A stretch of 64,000 nucleotides of DNA from Octopus vulgaris (Eukaryota). Position 1 is the stretch's first letter, and each line of letters begins with the position of its first letter. Shown here one piece after another: positions 1 through 13,920 of this stretch. Location: positions 110,670,001 through 110,734,000 of the forward strand of contig OX597816.1 of the NCBI GenBank assembly GCA_951406725.2, written 5' to 3'. The notes below the pieces were generated by a model. It saw nothing but the letters and a program-made list of their open reading frames with translations, ran no database searches and had not been told where the DNA came from. The position numbers and the translations under genes are program-made.

Positions 1-680
1 AAATAAAAAAGGAAGCAGAGAACCTAATTTTAGCAGCCCAAGATCAAACGATGAAAACAGACAACTTGAGCAAAAAATATATATGAGAATGTGTCAGAAA
101 AATGTAGAGCCTGAGGAACTTGGAACGAGACAACTGCATCGTTGTGGAAGAATGCCCCAAGCTGGCACAAGAAGTATATAAGAAATGGAGGAATGTTTAA
201 GTAGCAAATCCATACAGTGGAAACTGCGCCAGAAAGGGGGATTTGAAGCTAGAAACACATGGTATAATCATCGAGGCGAAGGAGTACTGGAGTCGGAGAA
301 ATGTAAGATTTTGTTGGACTTCCCTATTCAAACGGACAAGAAATTGGAAAACATTCGACTAAAAATAATGGTTATAGATAAGGAAAAGCGAAGTTACTTA
401 CTTACCGACCCATCATATCCATTTGATTTCAGGATCGTAAAGAAAGAGTAAGAAAGACAAATACAAAATTACAATCCCTTAAAATTTAAAATACCAAGAA
501 TTAGGAGCATTTGAACAGTAAATGTCATGCCTATAACAATTGGTGCGTTGGAAACAGTAAACCAAGATATAGACAAATGGGTGAAGAAGAATGAAATAGA
601 ATGCCCGGTAGAGATCCTACAGGTAATCTGTCTCTTAGGGACAGCAAGTGTTATCAGGAGGTTCCTAAGCACTTGAAAGA
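1..680 (+). mobile_element. R4/Dong-like non-LTR retrotransposon, C-terminal zinc-knuckle + restriction-like endonuclease fragment (degenerate)
   Basis: Translation across frameshifts/stops: AAQDQ, a decayed C..C/ET/C knuckle, WYNHRGEGVLESEKCKILLDFPIQTDKKLEN, IMVIDKEK..LLTDP..PFD.RI..KE, PITIGALE, LLGTASVIRRFL. These match the R4/Dong RLE-domain pattern; ORF 185..451 is part of it. Confidence 0.85.
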
Positions 681-1329
681 TTGCTGAAAACTTGTGGATA
701 TCTAAGGTTACTGCTAATATAACAGCAAATAACAGACATTTCGGATGTGTACGAGCGAACTCCCTACGAAGAAAGATTAAATCTGTGATCAACGGCAAAC
801 AAGATTTAAGAAAGAAAATTGTTTCTTAATGTAAATCATTTCAGGACGCCGAAATATTTCTTTCATATATGAAACATAGATGCTACCAGGAGCGTTGTCA
901 CAGCATGACACGTGTGTGAAAATTTAAGCAACACGTAGAGTTGAGATATGTCTATGCAATAATTGAAACAATACACGAGAATGCGATGTCTCTACGGAAG
1001 AAAAATTTAGTACAAATACTCATAAATACAGTCTCATTTCTACACGTATGCACATAAATGTTATGTTTATGTAGTTCACACTCGCACTCGTACCTTCTAT
1101 ACATGAACAACACAACAAAGAACACATAGTGTTGAAGCAAATTGAAAGAGACAAATAATAATTACAATAAATATAAGATGCAACTCGTCTTATTTTAAAC
1201 AGAGAGAAAAAGTAAATGTGCTCGGTAATAAAAATTTTTAAACAAATAGCAGTGAATTTTTATCTATGAGTCTCAGACACTCACGATACAAAAATAATAT
1301 TATCACATGCCCAGAGACGGTGTTCTGCG

Positions 1330-2215
1330 AAAAAAGGTAGCCCTGAACAGGTAAACTCCTCTCCAAATGTCTCTGCTATAGCAAAAACCAAAACCAAAAG
1401 AGACCAGTGGACAAATGACTTCTACCTCGAAGTGCTATATGCATTTTACACTGCAAAACTATAACCGGGAAACACAGGGATAACAAGAGAAACACACCAA
1501 TCATGGGGAAGAATTAGAAATACTGATAGAAAGGGGAAAGTCTTAGAAAATACTCTTGCATATTTTCGGCGATATATCCTATGTGAGGGAAAAGTGCCCG
1601 AAGCAGAAATAGACAATCTAATAGATAAAATAAACATGGAAAATAAAAGAAAACATCTCATAACTCAAAAGAGTGGGCTGCAATCAAGCAAAAACAGTAC
1701 AGCAAACGTTATATCTACGAAAACGCATGATGTACCACAAAAGAAACAAGGAAGCACAACAGAGATAACACTGTACTCAGTAAATAAAAGGCTAAGCCAG
1801 TGAAAAATTTTCTACACAGCTACACAACCCAGAAATAAAGAGAACAGCAAAACAAATCAACAACACACACAAGCAGGTAAATACTAAAGCACAAAACAAC
1901 AACAAATAAAATAACACACACCATAACAGACCAGCTATAACCGAGTCCGGAGACAAACCGACTAAAGAAATAATAAAAATAGAAGAAGTAAACATCACAC
2001 ACTCTATAAATATGAACCAGCTTAAACGTCCCCCCAAGCTACAAAACAAAATGAACAGTTCTACGAAAGGATAAATAGATACAATAGAGCCTTACAAGCA
2101 TAATAATAATGACAATATCAAAAGATGCACTAGATATCAACAAACTAAATGGCTTCATCACAACAGCTGTAGTGACATTGAAGGAAACAGAGCTTGACCC
2201 TTACGAAGAAAAAAT
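1330..2215 (+). mobile_element. R4/Dong-like retrotransposon ORF N-terminal region (degenerate)
   Basis: RDQWTNDFYLEVLYAFYTAKL...LAYFRRYILCEGKVPEAEIDNL, then RPPKL and INKLNGFITTA. Resembles the N-terminus of Dong/R4 ORFs; A-rich, several stops. Confidence 0.6.
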
Positions 2216-2457
2216 ACCCCAGTCAAATGTCACCCTTCATTACTTCTATTGGTGTTGTGTTCAGCATAGGCATATGACCAGGAAAAAAACACATTAATGA
2301 GGTATTACTTCTGTTTCATTAACAGTTAATTTTTCTATTTTTAAGTTTTTGGTTATGCAAACTGGTCTACTCTTATTATTATAAGGAGAACTGATTCCGT
2401 TTCCATATTCATGTTACCCCTATTTCCATTATATTCAGATGAATTTTTAAGTAAGGA

Positions 2458-2529
2458 GTCTCTGAGGAGACATATATTTCTCCGAGTGAAATCCCAAAGT
2501 AAATTCAGTCCGCATAACTGTGTAGGGAC
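2458..2529 (+). ncRNA. Decayed type I hammerhead ribozyme-like motif in a short repeat cassette
   Basis: gtct-CTGAGGA-gac...gtc-(cgcata)ac-tgt-GTA-gggac: stem I, core and the stem II base are present; the GAAA core is mutated. Confidence 0.4.
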
Positions 2530-2568
2530 ATATTAATAGTGTGTTTACACAACCTTGTTGCTACAAAC

Positions 2569-2895
<327 letters not shown>

Positions 2896-2910
2896 AAAAA
2901 AAACAAACAA

Positions 2911-2971
<61 letters not shown>

Positions 2972-3816
2972 GCATGTATGTGTGTCTGAATGTAATGTGT
3001 GTATGCACATATATATACCAATATATGCCAATTTCAGTCTCTTTTGTTTCCCATTCTGTCATATTTCTTTATAAATCATCTGTGTTTGTTGAAATTAATA
3101 ACGCCCCTAACTTTATTAACTTTTTTTTGTAACCCTACTGGCCTCGTCCCGCGATGCCACCTCATTTCCAAGTACGATACTTCACATACGCACTTAATAG
3201 CAGTTTAACACGTTTCTGTATCAACCTTGTCTTTCATTCGTTATATTCTTTTTCTTGTCCCAATATCAAAAGAATTTTCTTGTTCCGATTCTATATTTAA
3301 CAACACTGCGGTCTATAACATTATGAAATCTATTTTATTGATTGCTGACATATATTACTATGAATCTGGCGATAGATTTATTGACATTTGTTATTACTAT
3401 TAATTTCATAGCACTTGTTCCAAATATCGTTAGTTAAGAATGCTGGGTGTTTTGGTTTCCTGTCACCTCCTACAACCTTATCCGCTAGAAAGAAATGAGT
3501 TCCTTTTATCAGTTTTGGTTTCTTTACAATATTTATGAAAGGCCAAATCAAACACAATTATCGAGATTGGCTCAAAACAGAAACACAGAAACACAAGTAT
3601 GCACATATATATATGAGAGAGTCACGTTCACATACTTTATAACACATACATTTATATGAGTGCGTATACATGTATACGTATGTATATGTATATATATCTT
3701 ATACATATATGTGCATTAATTATAGGGTAATACATACATACACTCACACACACAAACACATATATACCTTATACCTATATATACATTAAATATACATTAA
3801 TACAATACACACATAC

Positions 3817-3861
<45 letters not shown>

Positions 3862-4009
3862 GGTGTGGGTGTGTGTGTATATGGATGAATAGATGGATGG
3901 ATGGATGAAAGGGTGTACTTATGAATATAGATTTGATTTATTTATTATAAACATTGTCTCCAGTACATCTTACTGAACGGTTTGATATAGAAAATGCACT
4001 CAAAATGTG

Positions 4010-4420
4010 GATCAGCAGCTCAGCATTAATCGGACATGGCTGAAAGTAAAAGTATAAGTTAATCGTTTTGTAAAAGGAAGCCAGAAAAGGATATGTGATC
4101 TGTGTGAGCCAAAGACCTGTAAAGATAGTGGCATTGACATCATCGATGAAATGTAGATTTCAAAAAGCAGACAAACCATGTTGACTCTTAAACTTATCAA
4201 TTATAACGCTCATATTTTGTATAATGTTTCGCATATCTGCATTTAGGCGACAATTTTCTACTCCAATGTAATGGATGTGATAGTTGGAATAAAACGAAGG
4301 TGGTAACCGTGGGGTGGATACGACAGGAAGTGGTAGAACCGATGTAGGAGAGTAGTGCGGTGGTATATGTGAATGTACTAGTGCATGGGTTGGAACAGAT
4401 GAATATATTCGTGGTCAGAC
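4010..4420 (-). mobile_element. Penelope-like element, GIY-YIG endonuclease remnant
   Basis: Minus strand gives HYIGVENCRL..RYAKH (YIG.T.R.L..R..EH pattern) followed by a decayed C-terminal segment. Confidence 0.5.
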
Positions 4421-4479
4421 GTGAAGAAATTTTAGGGAAAAATTCATACGCGCATTCAGAGCGTTTCTAATCAGCTTAA

Positions 4480-5200
4480 GGCAAAATACAGCTCTTCTGA
4501 TCAGGAGCGAAACACTTCGTTTTTAATTTTCTTGTAGACATATGGAAATCTTCAGCATGATTCTTTCCTCTGCTGAATTAAGCCTGCACGTCCTGCAGCC
4601 GCTGAAGTAGTCTTCACTTTTCAGGCAGACATTACGTTCTGTTAGTATTGTGAAACGCCTTCTTTCAATATCCACGTATGACTTACCAACAGTGTGATGT
4701 TACGTTTCTCAAGGATTTTGAAAGACGATATGTGATTTTTGAACCTGCACTTGAAATTGCTGTCCGTACAAAACTACCTTTACATTGCCCCACCTTCAAA
4801 ACCATCTGCACTTTATACACAAAGTTTTCGTAGTTACATTGGCCATTCAATGAACGTATGACGTTACCACTGCACGAGCCACCATCCTCTGTGATCGGTT
4901 GGTTGGCATTTATCTGTTAAAAAGCTTACCCATTCTAGGTTTTTGGCGAAAAGAGACCCTCACTTTATGCTTATAGAAACTTTTTCCCCATCCTATACTT
5001 ATGTTTCTGTGAGAAATGTTCTTTGTATATGAATAGGAGCTGATATTAATATCATATAAACATGCGAATGAATCTTCTTATTTCAGTTTCTAATATCTTT
5101 TATCTTTAGCTTGCACTGTACTGGCGTGAACCAATTGCCCACATTCAGTAAGATCTTAGTGAACAGCGTTATGGTACGTTTGAATGGATAAACTATTTTG
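4480..5200 (-). mobile_element. Penelope-like element (Cys-linker type), linker + GIY-YIG remnant
   Basis: Minus strand: KEHFSQKHKY..FYKHKVRVSF, SLNGQCNYENFVYKV, FKCRFKNHISSFKILEKRNITLLVSHTWILKE, FSGCRTCRL. Matches the CPL.G.C...VY / FK.RY.NH..SF / T.LS.HIW.LK / C.LC pattern of PLEs. Confidence 0.8.
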
Positions 5201-5614
5201 TGAATAAGCTGATAATATTTCATTTAAATCCAGCATAAAAGCCATAGTTAATGAGCATTCCAATGACATGACTCAGGTATAAAGAAACCGATGAACAAAT
5301 AGTCAAATAAAGAGCTGACATTATGTGATTGATTGATCTACTAAAAGCACCAGCAACATTTCACTCGAGTCTGAGATTTTACAATCGAATTAGTTATTGG
5401 ATAATGTCGCATACATGGATAAGTTAATTGAAGAAAAATGAGATGACCACAGCCTGAATGTCTGTCTGCTTTTTATTAGTCAATCGATGTTAATGATCTG
5501 CGTTGTTCTTAAAGAATCGAAAACGCACAAAAATATTAATTTTCTGATAAAAGATATTAAGTTAAATACGCTGTCAAATAGAAGCATCAATGGAAGAGAT
5601 TCTACGAAGAACTG

Positions 5615-5842
<228 letters not shown>

Positions 5843-6939
5843 ACTTGTGGTTTATTCACAATTATACACACTTCTCTTATGAAAAACTTTTTGATACCAT
5901 GCTCTGGCCATTGATATATTCGTAAATAATTTTGAATTCTTTATGATATATCCTTCGTAATGTATTTTTATTTTCTTTAACTATATATATATATATGCAT
6001 GATTTGTTTTGCTATATTTTTTCTTAACAAATCCACACACGCATTATATATATTCAGTCTTCATTCGTTCATTTTTGTTAATATTTAACTTATCTCCAGT
6101 GTCTAGAAATATTTTATCACACATCAGTGAGTCCTAGGATGGAGGCCTGAATGAAGAATTCACAGATGTGAAACCAGGAAGCGACAGGAAACAATTACGT
6201 CATCAACTGAAAATATTTCCAAAAGGAAACACAAGGCCAATGGTAGCAGAAAGTGCGGATTCTGCAATTGAGGAAGGTGGCTCACCATGAAGACCTCACA
6301 GGACACCAGCACATATATAAATGCCAAAGCGAAGCCTTCAGTACTTGCCCATATGCCACGAAATATACTTTGAAATTATTTTCCCCTTTCTAAAAAACGC
6401 AGCAAGAGATTATATGTTCCTATTTTCTTTTAGACACTGGATTTGGACTTCCTTCTTTATTTTTGAGTTAATTATTTTATGGCTCTGACCTGCGATGGGG
6501 GACACCCATGTTCATAAACAAATTTAAAATAAACCAAATCAAAAAAGAAAAACAACGTGTTCGAACAGATACGACACCAATCCAAACAGTTAAGGAAGCC
6601 TGGGTTATCACCATTCATCCAATTTTAGAACACACACATACGCTAGATGTGGGCTTCCTTTCTATGAAGCTATTCTTTATTCGTATGATTATATTATGAT
6701 GTGCTTTTCTTTTTATTTCTCATTTTTGCATAAGTTGAGTACACTCATGCCTGATATGTATATGCGCACGAATGTGTGTGGGGTTGTATGTATGTGTGTG
6801 TGTATGCGTGTGTGCGTGCGTAAATGTGTACCTGTGCACGGCTGGTTGTGTATGCGTGTAACTATATGTCTATCTAACATCTCACATTTTATCGCTTTTA
6901 TATTTAATGTCCTATTTCAGATCTTCCAAATACTGCCTT

Positions 6940-7420
6940 AAAGTGAAAGTTTTAGATTTTTATTTTCTATTTTTATATGAATAAGAAAAGTATTCGTATC
7001 TTTAATATAAAAAAAATAATCATGAATTATTCATTTTCAAAATTCAAATTTGAAAAATAATTTTTTATTATATGATCTTTTATTTTTAAAATATTGCCTA
7101 TACTTTTAATTTTACGGTTTAGTTTTTAAATGTTTATTTTAACCTATTATTTATATTTTATTTTTAAAAGCATTTAATAATTATTAATTTCCAAATTAAT
7201 TTTGTATTCATTAATTTTAATTTTTAAACAGTTTTTCTAGTTTAAAAACAAATTAAATTATATTATTATTTTTATTTTCCAATTTTATTTTTAATTTTAT
7301 TTATATACTTTTAATTTTCATTTTATTTTGTTGTCAGTTTTTAATCTGAGTTCATTAACCTCTTATTTTCAATTCTAGCTTTTCCATTTTTACTGTGAAT
7401 TTCAATGTAAACTCTGATAA
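6940..7420. repeat. Extremely AT-rich, T-skewed low-complexity tract
   Basis: Runs of tttta/attt with very few G/C. Confidence 0.8.
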
Positions 7421-7603
7421 GTATTAAATTTCTATCCTTTAAGCTTTATGGTGTCTTAAAAATTGTTATATTTTTCATAAAACTTTTTTCACCATCATAT
7501 CCCATCTTTTTATTCTGTTATGCCTAAGATTGGCTATCCATCTTTTACTTTTATATATCTAATTCTTTACTATTATGGTACACACACATACATACATATA
7601 AAC

Positions 7604-7634
<31 letters not shown>

Positions 7635-8049
7635 CCGGAGTAAACACATAAATGTATATATCATTGTATTACTTTTTTCAACTAATGTGTAATAGACCTT
7701 TTATCAAGTTCTAACAACCAAGATGTAAACAGTTCTTTCCCATGATCGATCTAATTCTCAGAAAGGACTTTTTCCTACTATGATTTGTGTATGTGCGTCT
7801 GTTTGTTTGTGTATTCATACATATATGCATACATATATATATGATACATATTTACAGTGAGGGTCACTACGTTCTAAAGTGGTGAATGTTTTGTATACGT
7901 ACAAAATACATAAGACCCATTGATGCTGGTATTTGCTCGATTCTTATAGCCTCATGATATGCAGGCTGATGAAATTTAAGAAAGGATTAGGACATATTTC
8001 ATTATTTATTTTTAAAGTAAGCATATACCTTAACTAATTTTCTCTGTAA

Positions 8050-9300
8050 AGTATTGAGCCAGATATTTGTACTTGTAGATATCGTGCGTTGAAATCCTTG
8101 TACTCTGTAAAAATATCTTTTTTAAATAATACAATAACTTCAAGAAAAACTATAGATTATTTAACGTACGACTCTATAGGCGAAGATTCGTCTCTTAGCT
8201 ATAGACATGATAACATTTTCTTCAGAAGTTGCCTCTTGTTCAAGGAAGATCTTACAAAAGTCAATAAATTATTCAGTAATATTTGAGAATCGTTGCAATG
8301 AATAATGGAAATAACTGAAAGGTAATTTCCATTTTTGAACATTTTGACAATTTAGAAATGTAATGCAAAAACAAAGTTACAGAACAAAAGTTAGAATTAT
8401 AGATTTGCAATCTATCCCAATGTAAAAGAAATATTACATTGAATATGGCAAAATGCGTATGTTCCGTTTTTATATTGAATCAACTAAACGAAATAATCGT
8501 CTGAATGAGCTTCGGTTATGAAAAATCTTAATACATAATGCTATAACTAAGGAACAAAAATATCAATCTTCCAACTTACAGAAACACTCTCATAATGCAG
8601 TAGAAGACACCAATAGAAATATTGTATCTGTTGTAATTCAACAATCGCAGAAAACACAGCAACTTACATTGAACCAAACGACACCGTCCAATCCTGTATT
8701 GGTATCTAATTCAATTAAAACAATTAGACTCACAAAATGTTGGTTTCAAAATTTCGGGACAATGCTAACAATTTCGGATGTGAGGGAAAGTTTATTACAT
8801 CGACCCTAGTGTTCAAATTTTATCCACCCCGAAGGGATGAAAGCTAAAGCCAACCTTGGTAGAATTTGAACTTAGAATGAATAGACAAACAATAAAGACG
8901 CAAAGCATTTTACCGACGTTTTAACGATACTGGCATGTAAGGAAATATATGGAATTTTAAGGGAAGAAAACATTTATAAGTGTATTGATTGTATCGAGAA
9001 TTGTAAAATCAAAACTTTCAAAATCGATAACGAATTTTTTCATAGTGTTGATATAAATGGCAAACAGATAGCTTATTGTTTTACATGCAATGAGAAATAA
9101 ATAGGCCAAACGGAAACGAGATCAATGGAGCAAGTCAGGGTCCGTAAACAACATATCATGTATAACCCATGAGGGGATATATTCCTTAAGTGGAATTGGA
9201 AAATGGAAAGTATTCAAGCTTTCTACATTAAATGTAAAACAATTATCATTTACAACTTTCAACTTTCCACTTGCAATACAAAACTGAAATGGAAATATGA
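8050..9300 (+). mobile_element. Penelope-like element RT C-terminus + GIY-YIG remnant, interrupted by a SINE
   Basis: KVNKLFSNI*ESLQ*IME...FPFLNIL (IQFTME..LPFLDI pattern), PQCKRNITLNMAKCVC (KRNIPF.LA.RIC pattern), then after the SINE CNEK*IGQTETRSMEQVRVRKQHI. Confidence 0.7.
8738..8935 (-). mobile_element. SINE family B copy (diverged)
   Basis: The reverse complement contains gctttcatcccttcggggtggataaa and agttcaaattct, as in 62284-62517. Confidence 0.8.
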
Positions 9301-10109
9301 ATAAATGTGGTCGGACACGTAAATATGTTTTACCTTAACTGGTCTGCGTTTTGAAGCTAACATTAAAAAAATAGCTTGCACAAAAACTTGTGTCTACAAT
9401 TCTCTGTTCATCTGCTCTTTTAAACATATTTTTATGTAATGAATAATTTTTAATTTACAAAAGCATTTTTTTCAAATATGATGAAATTATCATGAAAGTT
9501 TTGTACTTAAATATAAAACGCATATGTATATGTGCGTATGCATGTATATATATATATATATATAGGTGTGTGTGTATGTGTGTGTGTTTGTGTGTGTGTG
9601 TGTATACACACACATATGTAGCCATCTACACAGAGAAACACACCTCTGTAGGCGTGTATGTAACTGCAAAAAATATAATTATCTTTATTTAAATCACATA
9701 CTATTATATGTCAGATATTTTAGTTTGGCACGTAACTGTATACATTGATAACGCTTTTTCTAGTCCCTGACACTTCTTCAGTTTATCTACTAGACATCAG
9801 TTCCAAGTTGTTATTTATTTTCATATTTATTTCAATGTTTTTGTAATAACACTTTTGGCTTTTCAAATTTTAATCTTATAGTTGTCTTATTAATTTCTAT
9901 ATGGCAGGCACACATACCTGAACGCAAACACATATATACCCCCACATACACACGGAAACTGAAAGAATATGTGTGTGCGTGTGTGTGTGTTTCTGTGTTT
10001 GTGTCTCTGTTTGACCCCCCATGTATAGTCTTAGGACAGCAGCATCAAAATTAGGTGAGAGGATGTCTAGTCATCTTTTTGACTTGTGAATGCAACCTAC
10101 CTAAGGGAA

Positions 10110-10183
10110 ATTAACTTGAAACGAGCTAAATACTGCTAAGCATTTCGCCCAGCGCGCTAATGATTCTGCCACCTTGCCGTCTT
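10110..10183 (-). mobile_element. SINE family B 5' fragment
   Basis: Reverse complement gacggcaaggtggcagaatcattagcgcgctgggcgaaatgcttagcagtattt matches the head of the 62284 copy. Confidence 0.8.
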
Positions 10184-10631
10184 AATAATATTAATCATAA
10201 GGAGTATGGAGACTTGTATACCCATGATATCTCATTTTATAGTAATATACATCATATTACAGTGACGTACACGTGTTTCTACTGCAGCGACTACACATTG
10301 ATGCAGATGCAAATTTGCAATATTGTCAGAGCAATTTCGTCAGGGTCAGTACATTTGGCCTTCCTCGCAATCAACTGTTTGAAGTAAGTTTCTATAGTGT
10401 TTCGTAGAATTTAGGGGTGTTGTTCAACATAAGTACATGTTTCTACCCTGTTGCCGGCGGAGGTTGGGGCTTGGACTTAAAATAGGTCAAGGTTGGGATG
10501 TGGTTTTCATAATGTTCTTTGCTTGTCCTAATAGTTGTGTGCGCTATTTTTTATTCAGAGTACAGTGTCTATATACAAGTGTTTCTGTTTGTTTAAATTA
10601 ATTTTGTGGGGTTTCGTTATACATATACACA

Positions 10632-10694
<63 letters not shown>

Positions 10695-11708
10695 TTATAT
10701 ACATATATATATATATATACGTATATCGTAAGCGTTGCACTGAAGTATTGATATAAATATATGTCTAGAATATACCAAATGTCTCAATGCATGGGTGTGT
10801 TTATATATGTGATGTTTCATGAAATATCATTCACCTGATAATATTATGCATACATCACTTCTCTGTCGCATATACGTTCAATGTTTTCTGTAAATCTACA
10901 ATTCCGTTTGCACTAGACATCTCTAATGTTATTCAGTAATACATTAGAAATCACTATCTATGATACACTCATCGGATAAGGTAACATGTATATGAATTCA
11001 AATAACAAATTTGTACTATCAAAGTAGTATTTTCAACTCACTCTCACGTCATAAGACCCCATTATTCACTACCTAGGATTTGGTTTCGATTATAGTTAGG
11101 CATCTTTCACACAAAACATTGTGAGACAAAAAACACTTTCATAGTCACATTTACTGATTCATTCTTGTCTAAATTTTAGTTACTTTGCTTATCTCGCTTT
11201 GCTCCTTATATTAATATATTATTATTTATTTTCTCGCATGTATACGCTTAAAAGTTCTTTTCTGTTTGAGTTAGTATAATTTCTCTTCATATTTCTACAT
11301 TTACGTTTTATCTAATATGGCAACAAGCAAAACAAAGAGAAGGAGAAGCAATTGCGATAACTGTTTCTACAAAATATTTGCCAAATGATCGACTTAATAA
11401 TTCATATTTATATGGTCGAAAATTGCAATTTATAGACACATATTTCAACTTCTTTGTGTTCAGACCCTGTTTTCGCAATTCTCTTGTATTGCATATAATA
11501 TACTTTACTTACCTTACATATACCGTCATGTATAAATGGACCATAATAATAGACTAGCTACAAAAGTAACTAGTAGACTATGGAGGATTGATTGAGTTTT
11601 CTCAGTTATGTCAGTTATGGCTCAGATCACCTTTTTATATATTTAAAGTAAAATAGATTTAAAAGATGTGTATTGATTTATTTGTACACACACATACACA
11701 CAGACAGA

Positions 11709-11784
<76 letters not shown>

Positions 11785-12274
11785 ATGTACATAAGCACTG
11801 GAGGAATAAAAAGGGAGAAATACCACATCATTCAAAAACTGTTAGGACAAAAACTGAAACACATAAGAGACTTTCTTTTTATCACCAAATCTTTCCCGCT
11901 GTTCGTCTCTTCGCCACTGTAAAAAGTAAAGGAAATATGAAGTGTCGATCACATTAGTTTAATGGTAATTTTTATTCTCAATGAGACCGGTGCTTTCAGT
12001 TCCCTGCCTCTATTTCTTCACTTCTTTTCTCAACTGTTAAGAGAGTAAGAAAAAAAAGAAAAGAAAATCCACCGTATATAATTCCTAACTGTTTTTCTTG
12101 AATATAGACCGGGTAATTTAATAATCTCAAGTTATTTTGTACTGAGGGTCCGATAACAAATGTATAATGGTACTATGCACAACATTAAGAACACAGAAAA
12201 ACAGAAAAAACAAGACAGCGGATAATATGGACATATTTCATAAGCACTCTCACTCACTAGAAAATACCTCTCAA

Positions 12275-12275
<1 letters not shown>

Positions 12276-12365
<90 letters not shown>
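12276..12365. repeat. (TAC)n(TAA)n compound microsatellite
   Basis: Direct reading. Confidence 0.98.
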
Positions 12366-12457
12366 CATTACGTGGTCTTCGCTGGTCTGACATGTCAGCA
12401 GCTCAATATACAGAAACGCTAACCCAGCAGAACAACAGTAAAAATAACTCTGAAAGA

Positions 12458-13190
12458 CTGGAATATCTACAGTTTTCTGTGAGTAATTTGAATTTTCCTC
12501 AAAATAAGTTAAGGACCTTACATAACTACAGCTTTGGACATAGAAACGAACACCTCGAAAAATTTTGAAACTTGAATATTTCCAATTCTGTGTGAACATT
12601 TTGTCTTCCTTTCTCCCCTTACTAAGAGAATATGTAAACAGGGCTTTTATTGTAACATAACAATTAAATGCACGATGAAAAAAATTAAGGAAGTAAGCAC
12701 CTGCCTATATACAAATTGCACAACTACAAAACCTGTAAACCACAGCAAAACTTTTAAATAGAAAAGAAAAATTCCAAAAGAAAAAGAAATTCAGAAATTC
12801 AAAAATCCAACAAGGTGAACATTTCTTCTTCCAACTATTCTCAATGACTGGAATATCTACAATTTCCTGTGAATATTTTAAATCTCCCTGAAAATATTAA
12901 TTAGGAAACTTACATACCTTCAGCTTTCGACACACAAACGATAAGATTAAAAAAAGAAAAACTTAATATCTACAAATATTGTGCGAATACTTATCCTTTC
13001 CTCTCTCCCTGAGTATTCGAAAATGCAAACATCCTTTTCATTGCAAAATCCGTACTATATTCTCCAACTTGACAGACAAACGAACATCTCAAGAAAATTT
13101 AAAGACTGTAATATATCACCCAATTACGTAAACACAACTTTTGTTACAACACAATTGAATTCAGAAATTCAAAACTTCAGCGACGTGAAT
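12458..13190 (+). repeat. Diverged tandem duplication, period about 390 bp
   Basis: ctggaatatctaca..cttacata..cagcttt.gaca..aaacga occurs at 12458 and 12848; a partial third echo lies near 13065, and aattcagaaattcaaaa occurs near 12788 and 13158. Confidence 0.75.
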
Positions 13191-13202
13191 ATCAGTATAT
13201 AC

Positions 13203-13262
<60 letters not shown>

Positions 13263-13499
13263 GTGTGTGTATTATTATTTTTTTCTACTAGTAATTACAA
13301 ACAGGACAGGTTTAAATGCTTCTTTTCACGGCAGTGCTCTCAGTGGCTACTGGTAGTAGTAAACACATTTGACCTCTGCTGACCCAAAGGGGGCGAAGAT
13401 TCATTTGTCTCTATTGCTTACCTCCCCACCGTAGGCCGAATCTGTTTATAGACCTGTAGATTATGATCTATTCACCAAACTGCTACTCAAATATTTTCT

Positions 13500-13920
13500 A
13501 AAAAAATGGTAGTGGTGGTGGAGGACGAACCTGACAGTAGAAATTAGGAGGGATATCTTCCAAGGGGACTGCGTGTCCCCACTGATCTTTGTACTGTGCT
13601 TGCTACCACTGACACTGATTCTGAGGAAAGCAAAAGCTAGGTATGTTTTCAAAAGTCGCCAACAAAATGTCAACCATTTGTTATTCACGGATGACCTTAA
13701 ACTTTATTATAAAGATGAAGCCCAAGTCAGTTCCCTCGCTGATACGGTGTATATCTTCAGTGCTGATATCATAATGGAGTTCGGACTGAGAAAGTGTGGT
13801 GTGTTAGTATTGAAAAGAGGCAAAATCAAATGTATAGGCGGGCTAACGATACTGTCGGGGGAGGTTATGAAGCAGATGGAAGAGACGGGCTATAAGTACT
13901 TGGGGATTTTGGAAATGGGT
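13500..13920 (+). mobile_element. R4/Dong-like non-LTR reverse transcriptase fragment
   Basis: IRRDIFQGDCVSPLIFVLCLLPLTLILRK...VNHLLFTDDLKLY...FSADIIMEFGLRKC...GYKYLGILE: canonical QGD.LSP, F.DD, KC and YKYLG RT motifs. Confidence 0.93.

Noticed and set aside
6140-6180. Hammerhead-like cctgaatgaag...gtgaaacc
   Set aside because: Core spacing is wrong and there is no cleavage triplet or consistent stem I.
10028-10044. 17-mer gtcttaggacagcagca also at 61068-61084, both near splice-like signals
   Set aside because: A single 17-bp match in 64 kb is not improbable, and the flanks do not align.
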